A DNA stretch of 64,000 bases from Candidatus Hydrogenedentota bacterium (GTDB lineage: Bacteria > Hydrogenedentota > Hydrogenedentia > Hydrogenedentales > SLHB01): positions 32,001 to 96,000 of the forward strand of contig BTVY01000007.1 in the NCBI GenBank assembly GCA_045863335.1, written 5' to 3'. The position numbers and the translations under genes were made by a program. Position 1 is the stretch's first letter. Every line of letters begins with the position of its first letter. A model generated the notes under the pieces. That model saw nothing but the letters and a program-made list of their open reading frames with translations, was not told the DNA's origin and made no database searches. This document shows positions 47,342-56,124 of the stretch, in pieces.

Positions 47342-48163
47342 ATGAATACGGACTACGCGGCTACCATCCCCCTTCCCGGGGAGCATCTGTCCACGGAGAA
47401 AATGCCCGGACACTGGTTGCTGGCGCGACTTGGCAAGCGGGTGCTGCGTCCGGGCGGCATCGAGCTGACGCGCCGGATGCTGTCGGCGCTCGAAATCGGA
47501 CCGGCGGATGACGTGGTCGAGTTTGCGCCGGGCCTCGGCGTTACCGCGCAAATGACGTTGCAGCGCAAACCGGCCACATATACAGGCATTGAACGCGACG
47601 AGAACGCCGTCGAGCGAATCCGGCGGTTTCTTGCGGGGCCTTCGCAGCGGTGCGAGATGGCGCGCGCCGAGGCGAGCGGGCTGGAAGCGGGCACCGCATC
47701 GGTGGTGTATGGGGAAGCCATGCTTTCCATGCAGACGGCAGCAGGCAAGGCCCGAATCGTGAAGGAGGCGCATCGCGTGTTGCGGCATGGCGGACGGTAC
47801 GGCATCCATGAGCTGTGTCTGAGGCCGGACTCGTTGGACGAGGGGATCAAGTCGGCCATCGAGCGGGACTTGTCCGAGGCGATTCGCGTCGGAGCGCGGC
47901 CCCTGACGTCCACGGAGTGGCAGTCCTTGCTGGAGGACGAAGGGTTTCGCGTCATCTCCGAGAAGGCCGCGCCCATGCATCTCCTGGAGTTGCCACGAAT
48001 CATCGCGGATGAGGGCATATTCGGCGCAGGGTTTATTGCGTGGAACGTACTTCGGGACCGCGCCGCGCGCAAACGCGTGCTAGGAATGCGCCGCGCCTTC
48101 AAGAAGTACGAGCGGTATCTCTCCGCGATCATGTTGATCGGTGAGAAGACGGACAATCGCTAA
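47342..48163 (+). CDS. Class I SAM-dependent methyltransferase
   Basis: MPGHWLLARLGKRVLRPGG, VVEFAPGLG, GEAML, RVLRHGG; AAGGAG RBS before ATG 47342. Confidence 0.88.
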   Translation: MNTDYAATIPLPGEHLSTEKMPGHWLLARLGKRVLRPGGIELTRRMLSALEIGPADDVVEFAPGLGVTAQMTLQRKPATYTGIERDENAVERIRRFLAGPSQRCEMARAEASGLEAGTASVVYGEAMLSMQTAAGKARIVKEAHRVLRHGGRYGIHELCLRPDSLDEGIKSAIERDLSEAIRVGARPLTSTEWQSLLEDEGFRVISEKAAPMHLLELPRIIADEGIFGAGFIAWNVLRDRAARKRVLGMRRAFKKYERYLSAIMLIGEKTDNR

Positions 48164-48204
48164 CTCTTTCACCGTCTGAATACGGACATCGTCGCCGATG
48201 GTCT

Positions 48205-48234
48205 CGTGGTTTGGGCAAGAATGCCCAAACCACG
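48205..48234. repeat. REP-like perfect hairpin CGTGGTTTGGGCA-AGAA-TGCCCAAACCACG
   Basis: 13-bp perfect stem 40 nt after the methyltransferase stop; no U-tract. Confidence 0.7.
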
Positions 48235-48688
48235 GGCACGTCGCATTACTTCACAATTCACTTGAGAAAATGCTTTCGCATACTTGGAGAAGCTTTGCAC
48301 GACACCTCGGCTAATCGATTAACCCACTAGCGAGCCCGAGCGTCTACTCGCGAACAATTCTCACGGCTCCCCGCGACACCGACTACGGACAAACTCCATC
48401 TGAGGTGGGAGAAACGGGGGCAACGAGTCCCCCTTGCGTTCTTTGCGTTCTTTCGTGGCCAACTTATTTCTTCTATTCGCAGTGGATACAAAACGACAGA
48501 GTCCTTTCAGAAAACGGCCGTTCGCTTTCTGCCTACGCCACGCCTTGGTATCGCGTTTTCTATAACCCACCCTTTTCCTTTATGATTGCGCCCTGCGCGG
48601 TGGTTGCCTTGTGGAACGAATCCACGGAAAACGCGCGGCCACTCCATGACCAGGAACGGCGGCGCAATTGCACAAGAAAGCGGAAGGA

Positions 48689-49546
48689 ATGACGGTTAGT
48701 CTGGAACGAACGTTTCGCGTGCGCCACTACGAATGTGACGCCTACGAAAACGTCTACTATACAAACTACCTCCGCTACATCCAGGAAGCGGCCATGGACG
48801 CCTCGGCCTCACTGGGCTTCGACGCGGCATGGTACGCCGGTCAAGGGACCACGTGGATGGTCCGGGACACGGAGATCGAGTACCTGCGCCCGCTCCGGTA
48901 TGGCGATTCCGTCCATATCAAGACCTGGGTGGAGAATTTCCGCAAGGCCGTTTCCCGGCGCGCCTATCAACTGACCTTTCCGGACAGCGGGGAACTCGTT
49001 GCCCGCGCGGGCACGGAATGGGTGTACCTCGATGCGGCTCGGGGACGGCTTACGCGCATTCCCGACGAGTTCAAGACCCGTTTCTTTCCCGAAGGCCAGT
49101 CCGACGATCTGCCACCCCGCGAACGTTTTCCCGAGACGCTACGGCCCTCCGTGGGTGTCTTTACCCAGCGGCGGCGCGTGGAATGGCGCGACATCGATCC
49201 GGCCCAGCACGTGAACAATTCCGTGTACCTGGCCTACGCCGAGGATTCCGCGGTGGAGGCGGCCATGGCGGTCGGCTGGCCGCCTTCGCGAATGCGCGAC
49301 GCCGGGTTCGCCGTGCGGGTCACGCGGCACCGGATCGAATACAAGATTTCCGCCTTGCTGGGCGACGACCTCGAAATTGCCACCTGGATGGAAGCGAGGG
49401 ACGATGCCGCGATACGGTACTTCGAAATGACCCGCATTCAGGATGGCGCGGTCCTGGCGCGGGCGCTCGCCGAGGTGGAATGGTATGACGTCGCCACCGG
49501 CGCGCGAACCGCCATTCCCGAAGAATTCAGGAGTACGATGCGGTGA
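48689..49546 (+). CDS. Double hot-dog acyl-CoA/acyl-ACP thioesterase
   Basis: Two 4HBT domains (VRHYECDAYENV...YLRYIQEA; RDIDPAQHVNNSVYL). Confidence 0.88.
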   Translation: MTVSLERTFRVRHYECDAYENVYYTNYLRYIQEAAMDASASLGFDAAWYAGQGTTWMVRDTEIEYLRPLRYGDSVHIKTWVENFRKAVSRRAYQLTFPDSGELVARAGTEWVYLDAARGRLTRIPDEFKTRFFPEGQSDDLPPRERFPETLRPSVGVFTQRRRVEWRDIDPAQHVNNSVYLAYAEDSAVEAAMAVGWPPSRMRDAGFAVRVTRHRIEYKISALLGDDLEIATWMEARDDAAIRYFEMTRIQDGAVLARALAEVEWYDVATGARTAIPEEFRSTMR

Positions 49547-50958
49547 GTTTCGCGAGCATTCAATACGCGGTATTTCTGATCGTCGTCTATGGGCTCTACC
49601 GCCTGCTGTCGCACCGCGGGCAGAACATCATGCTGCTCATCGCCAGCTACGTCTTTTACGGCGCCTGGGACTGGCGGTTCCTGAGCCTCATGCTCATATC
49701 CACGTTTGTGGACTACTTTGTCGGCCTGCGTCTCCGCGACACGGAGAACGTGAGCACCCGGCGTAAGCTGCTCATGGCGTCGCTCGTGGCGAATCTCGGA
49801 ATGCTGGGGGTCTTCAAGTACTTCAATTTCTTCGCCGACTCTTTCGCGGAAATGATGGGCTGGTTTGGATTAACCGTCCACTGGACGACTTTATCCATCG
49901 TGCTGCCCGTCGGCATCTCTTTCTATACGTTCCAGACCCTGAGCTACACCATCGACGTCTACAACCGGAAACTGGAACCGACGGATCGCTTCCTGGATTT
50001 CGCCCTGTTCGTATCGTTCTTTCCCCAGTTGGTGGCGGGACCCATCGAGCGGGCCAGCCACCTTCTTCCGCAAGTGCTGACGAAACGAACCATCACCTGG
50101 GACCAAACCACGCGCGGCCTCTACCTCATCGCCTTTGGACTCTTCAAGAAGGTCGTCATCGCCGACGGCGTCGCGCGGTCGGTAGACGCCATCTACAACG
50201 CCAGCGGAACGGTTACGTGGGCGGACGTTATCCTGGCGACGTATCTCTTCGCGTTGCAGATCTACGGCGACTTCTCGGGATACAGCGACATCGCTCGCGG
50301 CACGGCGAAGCTCCTCGGCTTCGACATCATGACCAACTTCCGCCTCCCCTATTTCGCCACGAACCCCAGCGAGTTCTGGCGGCGCTGGCATATCAGCTTG
50401 TCCACCTGGCTGCGCGACTACCTGTACATCCCCCTCGGCGGCAACAAGAACGGCACGCGGCAGACCTATCGCAACCTGATGACCACGATGGTGCTCGGCG
50501 GGCTTTGGCACGGCGCGGCGTGGAACTTCGTCCTGTGGGGCATCTTCCAGGGCGGGATACTCTGCATTCACCGGCCCTTCGCGAAGCACGAGCCCGAGCC
50601 GAAGACCCTCGGCGCGCACATTGTCCGGGGGATCAAAGCCGCGTTGTTCTTCCAAGTTGTGTGTTACGGTTGGCTGCTCTTCCGCGCGCGGTCCTTCGAG
50701 CAGATCTGGAACTACACCATTACCCTGGTCGCCGATTTTGGCAACCTCGCCACTTCCATTCCCATGCCGCCCTTCGCGACGCTGTTGGGGATACCGCTTC
50801 TCTTCGTCCTCGACCTCATTGAATTCGAAACCGATACGCCCCAGTTCTACCGCCGCTGGATCACCCCGGCGCGGGGACTGTTGTACGCGGCACTACTCTT
50901 TATCTTTCTGATGGGAACCAGCAATGAACCATCCCAATTCATCTACTTCCAGTTCTAG
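49543..50958 (+). CDS. MBOAT family O-acyltransferase (AlgI/PatA-like)
   Basis: LPVGISFYTFQ, FFPQLVAGPIER, DFSGYSDIA, FWRRWHISLSTWLRDYLYIPLGG, GLWHGA, FIYFQF end; GTGA overlap. Confidence 0.95.
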   Translation: MSFASIQYAVFLIVVYGLYRLLSHRGQNIMLLIASYVFYGAWDWRFLSLMLISTFVDYFVGLRLRDTENVSTRRKLLMASLVANLGMLGVFKYFNFFADSFAEMMGWFGLTVHWTTLSIVLPVGISFYTFQTLSYTIDVYNRKLEPTDRFLDFALFVSFFPQLVAGPIERASHLLPQVLTKRTITWDQTTRGLYLIAFGLFKKVVIADGVARSVDAIYNASGTVTWADVILATYLFALQIYGDFSGYSDIARGTAKLLGFDIMTNFRLPYFATNPSEFWRRWHISLSTWLRDYLYIPLGGNKNGTRQTYRNLMTTMVLGGLWHGAAWNFVLWGIFQGGILCIHRPFAKHEPEPKTLGAHIVRGIKAALFFQVVCYGWLLFRARSFEQIWNYTITLVADFGNLATSIPMPPFATLLGIPLLFVLDLIEFETDTPQFYRRWITPARGLLYAALLFIFLMGTSNEPSQFIYFQF

Positions 50959-52078
50959 CCTGCCGCGGAAACGCGTGCGCGACGGAATCCGGGCCTGCGG
51001 CTGGATGATCCTGTTCCTCATCGGAATGGACATTACCGTGAACCTGATGTTCCCCTACCCCGCCGACCCCCAAGCGATGCCCAACTCGTTGGAACGCTAT
51101 TTCGAGTACGGCCGATCGGTTGAGGGCAAACTGCCGCGCATCGTCGGGCCCACCGATGAAACCACCCAGCCCGTTGCCGCGGCCGGTTGGCTGAACCCGG
51201 ACGACTGGAAAGAACAACCCACCGCGGCCGCCAGCGAAGACGGCGTCCTCCTGGCCGTCTACGGCATGTCCTTCGGCGCGGACCTCGGCGAATGGCTCTG
51301 CGCCCACGACGAACGGTTGACCATGCGATTCATCGGCGGCCCCGCGGCCCCGCCCAACTTCGTTTACGCCGCCTACACCATGGACCGGGGCCGGCACGAC
51401 GCGGACGTGGCGGTGCTCGCGATCATGGCGTCCAGCCTACGCGGCATGATGACCCTCACCGGGATGACGGTGAACTTCGAACAGCCCTTTCCCTTCACCT
51501 ATCCCCGGTACTCCGTCGTGGACGGCACTCTGAAAGCCGTGTGGCCGCGCATCCTCTCGCTGCCGGAACTCCGCGACGCCATGGCCGCCCCCGCCGAATG
51601 GGACCTCTTCGTCGACCAGCTCGCGGAACACGACGTGTACTACAGTCCCCTCCTCTTTGAAGGGACCCCTCTCGACCACTCCGCCATCGTGCGCATGTTG
51701 CGGCGCGCCTGGGCCCAACGGCGCAACCTCCGGATCATCCATTCCATCCATGGCCCCGCCGGGTTCGACGAAAACCAACCCCTCGTACCCGCGCTCAACC
51801 TCATGGTCAAGGAATTCGCGCAAACCTGCGAAGCAGACGGCATCGTCCCCATCGTCTACCTCGTCAACGACCGCGGCTACAGCGACCACCTCTTCAAACT
51901 CCTGCAACCCGTCCTCGACGAGAACGACACCACCTACCTCAGCTCCCACCAATTCGCCGACCCCGACAACCCCGCCAACTTCATCGGCGACGGCCACTTC
52001 ACCGATTCCGCCAACAACCAAATCGGCGAAGCGTTCCACGCCTTGCTCGCGCGGGAACTGGGGCCGGATAGCGATTGA
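50924..52078 (+). CDS. Membrane-anchored SGNH-like partner of the MBOAT (AlgJ/PatB-like)
   Basis: N-terminal TM, YGMSF (GDSF-like), C-terminal DGHF (DxH); adjacent to the MBOAT. Confidence 0.65.
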   Translation: MNHPNSSTSSSSLPRKRVRDGIRACGWMILFLIGMDITVNLMFPYPADPQAMPNSLERYFEYGRSVEGKLPRIVGPTDETTQPVAAAGWLNPDDWKEQPTAAASEDGVLLAVYGMSFGADLGEWLCAHDERLTMRFIGGPAAPPNFVYAAYTMDRGRHDADVAVLAIMASSLRGMMTLTGMTVNFEQPFPFTYPRYSVVDGTLKAVWPRILSLPELRDAMAAPAEWDLFVDQLAEHDVYYSPLLFEGTPLDHSAIVRMLRRAWAQRRNLRIIHSIHGPAGFDENQPLVPALNLMVKEFAQTCEADGIVPIVYLVNDRGYSDHLFKLLQPVLDENDTTYLSSHQFADPDNPANFIGDGHFTDSANNQIGEAFHALLARELGPDSD

Positions 52079-52219
52079 CGGCACCATCCAGCGCACTCGC
52101 ACGTGACTAACCGCAGAATCCAAACGCGCCGCTTCGACTCTCCCAAGCACCGAAGAATCCACGCAGATCTTCAATGCTAAGTACACGACGATCGGTGGCG
52201 CCAAACCGCCCCAACGGCA

Positions 52220-52483
52220 GCCCAACGGGCCTGCATACTTACAGTCACGCCACGGCGTGATTGGCGTGCCTTTGGCACGACTACCTGGGGTCACCTGTAC
52301 CCCCAATCTGGCTTCCCCTGAAAGGGGTATACAATACTTCGATCATTGTGCAACGCTTTCAGCGTATTGGTAGATCGGGGCTCCGGCACCCAGGCTAGGC
52401 CCTGCCGGTGGTACGCCGCGCAAGTGCGCGACGTCCCGCCGACCGAGCCAAGCCTGGGCTGCGAGTATGCAGGCCCGTTGGGC
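52220..52483. repeat. REPIN-like composite element bounded by 20-bp inverted repeats
   Basis: GCCCAACGGGCCTGCATACT (52220-52239) and its exact reverse complement (52464-52483); inner inverted pair CCCCTGAAAGGGG / CGCTTTCAGCG. Confidence 0.8.
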
Positions 52484-52561
52484 CAGATCGGAGCAGTGAT
52501 TGAGAAGTTGAGGAACTCGTTGTATGCCACGCGATTTGCGCCGAAAAGTGCACTCCCATCT

Positions 52562-52676
52562 TCCGCCTCGGACGAGGCGACAGACTGTAGTCACGCCGCA
52601 GGCGTGATGGAGCGAAGCGGAACGTTGGGTACCGCCACCGTCCCCTACCGCATAGCCCCCGAACGGCGGCGGTAGA
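52562..52676 (+). repeat. Second REP-type element (CGCCTCGGACGAGGCG...GGAGCGAAGCGGAA...GCCCCCGAACGGCGGCG) carrying an embedded TCACGCC/GGCGTGA hairpin
   Basis: Short GC hairpins and a GAGCGAAGCG loop typical of RAYT-associated REPs. Confidence 0.55.
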
Positions 52677-52758
52677 TCATCAGGAACGATCATCCCGATC
52701 CCGCTTCACCAGCCTGGCACGAAACGCGCACTACGGCACTGCCAATTCCTCCAGTTAG

Positions 52759-52813
52759 AAACGGGCGAGACGCCCATTCTCCTTGACTCCTAAATCGGTG
52801 AAAATCGGTCCAA
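52759..52813 (+). repeat. Left copy of a direct repeat flanking the TA module
   Basis: AAACGGGCGAGACGCCCATTCTCCTTG...TCCTAAATCGGTGAAAATCGGTCCAA; matches 53642-53711. Confidence 0.8.
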
Positions 52814-53003
52814 CTCGCCTCGGCATAGCCTCCGGCGGTGCCACGCCTGCGGCGTGGCGTGGCGCACGGATGGTGAGGGTCACGAGCGGCTAAACCGATT
52901 CACGACTTGTCACGCCTGTGGTTTGCATCGACGGATTGACACCAACAGCCGCTGCTGGTCTAATAGAGTTGTCGACCGTTCGCGCCGACAGGTGGAGATG
53001 CTT

Positions 53004-53231
53004 ATGACGTTTGAGCAAATCAAAGCCGAAATCAGCAGATTGCCACTCTCCGAGAAGCTCCTCTTGCTGGAGGATACGTGGGATTCCATCGCCGCGAATT
53101 CCAGCGAATTGCCCGTGCCCGAATGGCAGCGGAAGGAACTCGACAAACGGTATAAAGAGTACCTGGAGGGAGGCGTCGAGTTGCGCGACGCGCAGTCCGT
53201 TCACGAGTCGATCCGCAATAAGTACCGATGA
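53004..53231 (+). CDS. Addiction module antitoxin (TIGR02574-like)
   Basis: LPLSEKLLLLEDTWDSI...PVPEWQRKELDKR; GGAG RBS; ATGA overlap with the toxin. Confidence 0.88.
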   Translation: MTFEQIKAEISRLPLSEKLLLLEDTWDSIAANSSELPVPEWQRKELDKRYKEYLEGGVELRDAQSVHESIRNKYR

Positions 53232-53509
53232 AGCTGCGGTACACGCCGCGCGCCGCCCATGAACTGGAGGTGGCGGTCGACTGGTATGAGGAGCAGTGCC
53301 CAGGATTGGGCATCGAGTTTCTCGAATCCGTTGAAAGGGTGTTGGCATCGACTCGTGAGAATCCGTGGCTTTACCCGCGCACCCATGACGCTTTTCGCCG
53401 CTGCCTCACACGGCGATTCCCATTCTCCATCCACTTTACAATTGAAGACGATACCATCGTCCTGCATTCGGTTTTCGACAACCGGCGCAGTCCCAACGAT
53501 CTTCCGTGA
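53228..53509 (+). CDS. RelE/ParE family toxin
   Basis: YTPRAAHEL..AVDWYEEQ.PGLG.EF...RRCL.RRFPFSI...VFDNRRSP. Confidence 0.9.
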   Translation: MKLRYTPRAAHELEVAVDWYEEQCPGLGIEFLESVERVLASTRENPWLYPRTHDAFRRCLTRRFPFSIHFTIEDDTIVLHSVFDNRRSPNDLP

Positions 53510-53641
53510 CCGGAAATGGGGAAATTGTTACCTGCGACGAGGGACACCGGAATTCCATTGGTTCACGCTTAAGAACTTTGCTCATGTTCCTGGCGGTTCA
53601 CTTTTCTTCCGTTACGGCCTTGTCCAATCCTTCCGTCACGA

Positions 53642-53711
53642 AAACGGGCGAGACGCCCGTTCTCCTTGTCGCACGTTCTCTTAGGTCCTATATCGGTGAA
53701 AGTCGGTGCAA
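53642..53711 (+). repeat. Right copy of the direct repeat flanking the TA module
   Basis: AAACGGGCGAGACGCCCGTTCTCCTTG (26/27 identical to the left copy)...TCCTATATCGGTGAAAGTCGGTGCAA. Confidence 0.8.
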
Positions 53712-53886
53712 TCGGTGGACTGCCGATACCCCGTCTTCATCTGCGGCAATCTGCGTCATCTGCGGATCGATCCCTGCCGTTGATTGCCACGCCGCCGGTG
53801 TGGACGGTATAGTGCAACGCGGTGGCGATACCCCAGTGTTTCGGTCCGTAGTTTGCAGTGGTAGTCCGCGTTAGAAGGTTCTTTTC

Positions 53887-56124
53887 ATGCCTGTTTCCAA
53901 TATTGCCAAGCTGACCATCAGCGAGTCCGATCTGCGCGGCGCGTTGATTGAATCCGTGCGCGTGTCGAACAGCCCCGGGGCGGTTGCCTACGTGGGCGAC
54001 CGCTGGGGCGCGATACTCCATGAAGCGACGGGGAACCGTCAGCTCGTCCCGGCGCCGGTGAAGGCGGAGGTCAACACGATCTACGATCTGGCGTCGCTCA
54101 CGAAGGTCGTGGCCACCACCACGGCGGTGATGCAGTTGCACGAGGCTGGCAAGATCCAACTCGATCGGCCCGTCTCCGACTACCTGCCGATCCCTGCCTT
54201 CGACGCATTTACCGTACGGCATTGTCTCACCCACAGCGCGGGTCTCGTGCCCGGCCTTCCGTATTACAAGGAATGCAGCTCCATCGACGAGATGCTCCAG
54301 CGCTACGCGGAGGTCCCCCTCAAGTCGCAACCGGGGACGCGGTGGCTGTACTCAGATGTGGGGTTCATGATCCTCGGGCGTATCGTCGAACTGGTGGCAG
54401 CGGATTCGCTGGATGCCTACTGCCGGAAACACATCTTCGAACCGCTCGGGATGGCCGACACCGGCTTCAAGCCCGATACCGCGCGCCGGGCCCGCTGCGC
54501 CGCCACGGAGAACTGTCCCTGGAGAGGCGCCTTGATGGTCGGCGAGGTTCACGACGAGAACGCCTACGCCGCCGGAGGCGTGGCGGGCCATGCCGGGCTT
54601 TTCGGAACCGCCGCGGACCTTGCGACCTTTGTCCGCGCGCTGTTGGCCGGGAAGATCCTGCGTCCGGACACCGTGAGCGAAATGACCCGCGCGCCGCAAA
54701 TCCCCGCGTGGCCCTGGCAGGGGATCGGCTGGCAGTTAGACGGATGGTCGTCGAAGCACAGCGGCTTCCTCACCTCCCGCACAACCATGGGCCACTCGGG
54801 TTGGACCGGCACCAGTCTGTGGATGGACTGGAAACGGGGCCAGTTTGCCATCCTCCTCGGAAACACCTGCCACCCGTCCCGCAGCGCGCGCAACAATGTG
54901 GATTTCCGGCGAGTCTTTCACGCCGCCGTCTCCAAGGCGCTCTACAAGAACACGATCAACACGCACAGTGGGCTCGATCGGTTGCAGCGGGAGGACTTCG
55001 GCGAACTGCGCGGGAAGCGCGTTGCACTCCTCACCCACCATGCCGCCGTCGACCAGTTGGGCCGGCACATCCTCGACGTGTTCGCCCTGGCGCCCGACGT
55101 GCAACTGAAACTGCTCTATAGCCCGGAACACGGCATCAGAGGCCACGCGGAAGCCGGAGAATCCGTGCCCTCAGAGAATGGCGACATCCCGGTCATCAGC
55201 CTGTACGGCGCGCGCAAGGCGCCCACGACCGAAGAACTCCGCGGGATCGACTGGTTCGTCATCGATCTCCAGGATGTCGGCGCGCGGTATTACACCTACG
55301 CGGCAACCATGAAGGACTGCCTGGAGGCCTGCGCGCAGGCCGGGGTCCCGGTGCTGGTACTGGATCGGCCCAACCCGGTAGGCGGCACGATTCTGGAGGG
55401 TCCCATCGCGCTCAACACGGCTTCGCCCGTTTGTTGGGGCGCCGTGCCCATCCGCCATGGGATGACCATGGGCGAGATCGCGCTCCATTTCCAGCGCACC
55501 GAATTCGCGAGCACCAAATTGAGCGTATCCGTCAGCGCCCTCGATAACTGGTTGCCCAGCCGGTTCTTCGACGCCTGCTCCCTGCCCTGGCTCCCGCCGT
55601 CCCCCAATATCCCGGATGCCGGAACGGCCATCCTCTACACCGGCACCTGCCTCTTCGAAGGCACGAACCTCAACGAAGGCCGCGGCACGGAGACACCATT
55701 TGAGATCATCGGCGCGCCGTGGCTGGACAGCTCGGCCGTGCTCGGTATCCTGGATGAGGAGGCCTGTGCCGGTATGCAGTTGGACGCGATCCAATACACG
55801 CCGGTGAGCATCCCCGGCAAGGCATCCAGTCCGCGCTATCAGGACACGTTATGCAACGGCATACGGATCACGCTGTTGGACGCGCACGAAGCCCGGCCCT
55901 TTGCCGCCACGGTCGCATTGATCGCGGCAATTCGCAAGACGCATCCCGCTGAGTTTGCATGGGGACCGAGCTTCGATGTCCTCGCCGGCTCGAATGATCT
56001 CCGAACGCGCATCGAGCAAGGCCAAGGGTGGCGCGAGATTATTGCAGCCTACGCCCCGGGGATCGCGAAATTCGATGCGATACGCCCCAGATTGTACAGT
56101 GATGACGTAGTTGGAATGCCTTAG
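53887..56124 (+). CDS. Serine hydrolase (beta-lactamase/AmiE-like) fused to a DUF1343 NamZ exo-beta-N-acetylmuramidase
   Basis: SxxK (DLASLTK), YSD, GEVHDENA, GHAGLF, GHSGWTG; then SPEHG, DLQDVGARYYTY, LDRPNP, RHGMTMGE, PSPN, EGRGT. Confidence 0.9.
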   Translation: MPVSNIAKLTISESDLRGALIESVRVSNSPGAVAYVGDRWGAILHEATGNRQLVPAPVKAEVNTIYDLASLTKVVATTTAVMQLHEAGKIQLDRPVSDYLPIPAFDAFTVRHCLTHSAGLVPGLPYYKECSSIDEMLQRYAEVPLKSQPGTRWLYSDVGFMILGRIVELVAADSLDAYCRKHIFEPLGMADTGFKPDTARRARCAATENCPWRGALMVGEVHDENAYAAGGVAGHAGLFGTAADLATFVRALLAGKILRPDTVSEMTRAPQIPAWPWQGIGWQLDGWSSKHSGFLTSRTTMGHSGWTGTSLWMDWKRGQFAILLGNTCHPSRSARNNVDFRRVFHAAVSKALYKNTINTHSGLDRLQREDFGELRGKRVALLTHHAAVDQLGRHILDVFALAPDVQLKLLYSPEHGIRGHAEAGESVPSENGDIPVISLYGARKAPTTEELRGIDWFVIDLQDVGARYYTYAATMKDCLEACAQAGVPVLVLDRPNPVGGTILEGPIALNTASPVCWGAVPIRHGMTMGEIALHFQRTEFASTKLSVSVSALDNWLPSRFFDACSLPWLPPSPNIPDAGTAILYTGTCLFEGTNLNEGRGTETPFEIIGAPWLDSSAVLGILDEEACAGMQLDAIQYTPVSIPGKASSPRYQDTLCNGIRITLLDAHEARPFAATVALIAAIRKTHPAEFAWGPSFDVLAGSNDLRTRIEQGQGWREIIAAYAPGIAKFDAIRPRLYSDDVVGMP

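Noticed and set aside
51600-52078. Visible C-rich skew suggesting foreign DNA
   Set aside because: Explained by C-ending codon preference within a normal CDS; cannot be quantified without computation.
53887-54950. Beta-lactam resistance gene
   Set aside because: The SxxK hydrolase is fused to NamZ and has AmiE-like GEVHDENA/GHAGLF motifs, pointing to cell-wall recycling.
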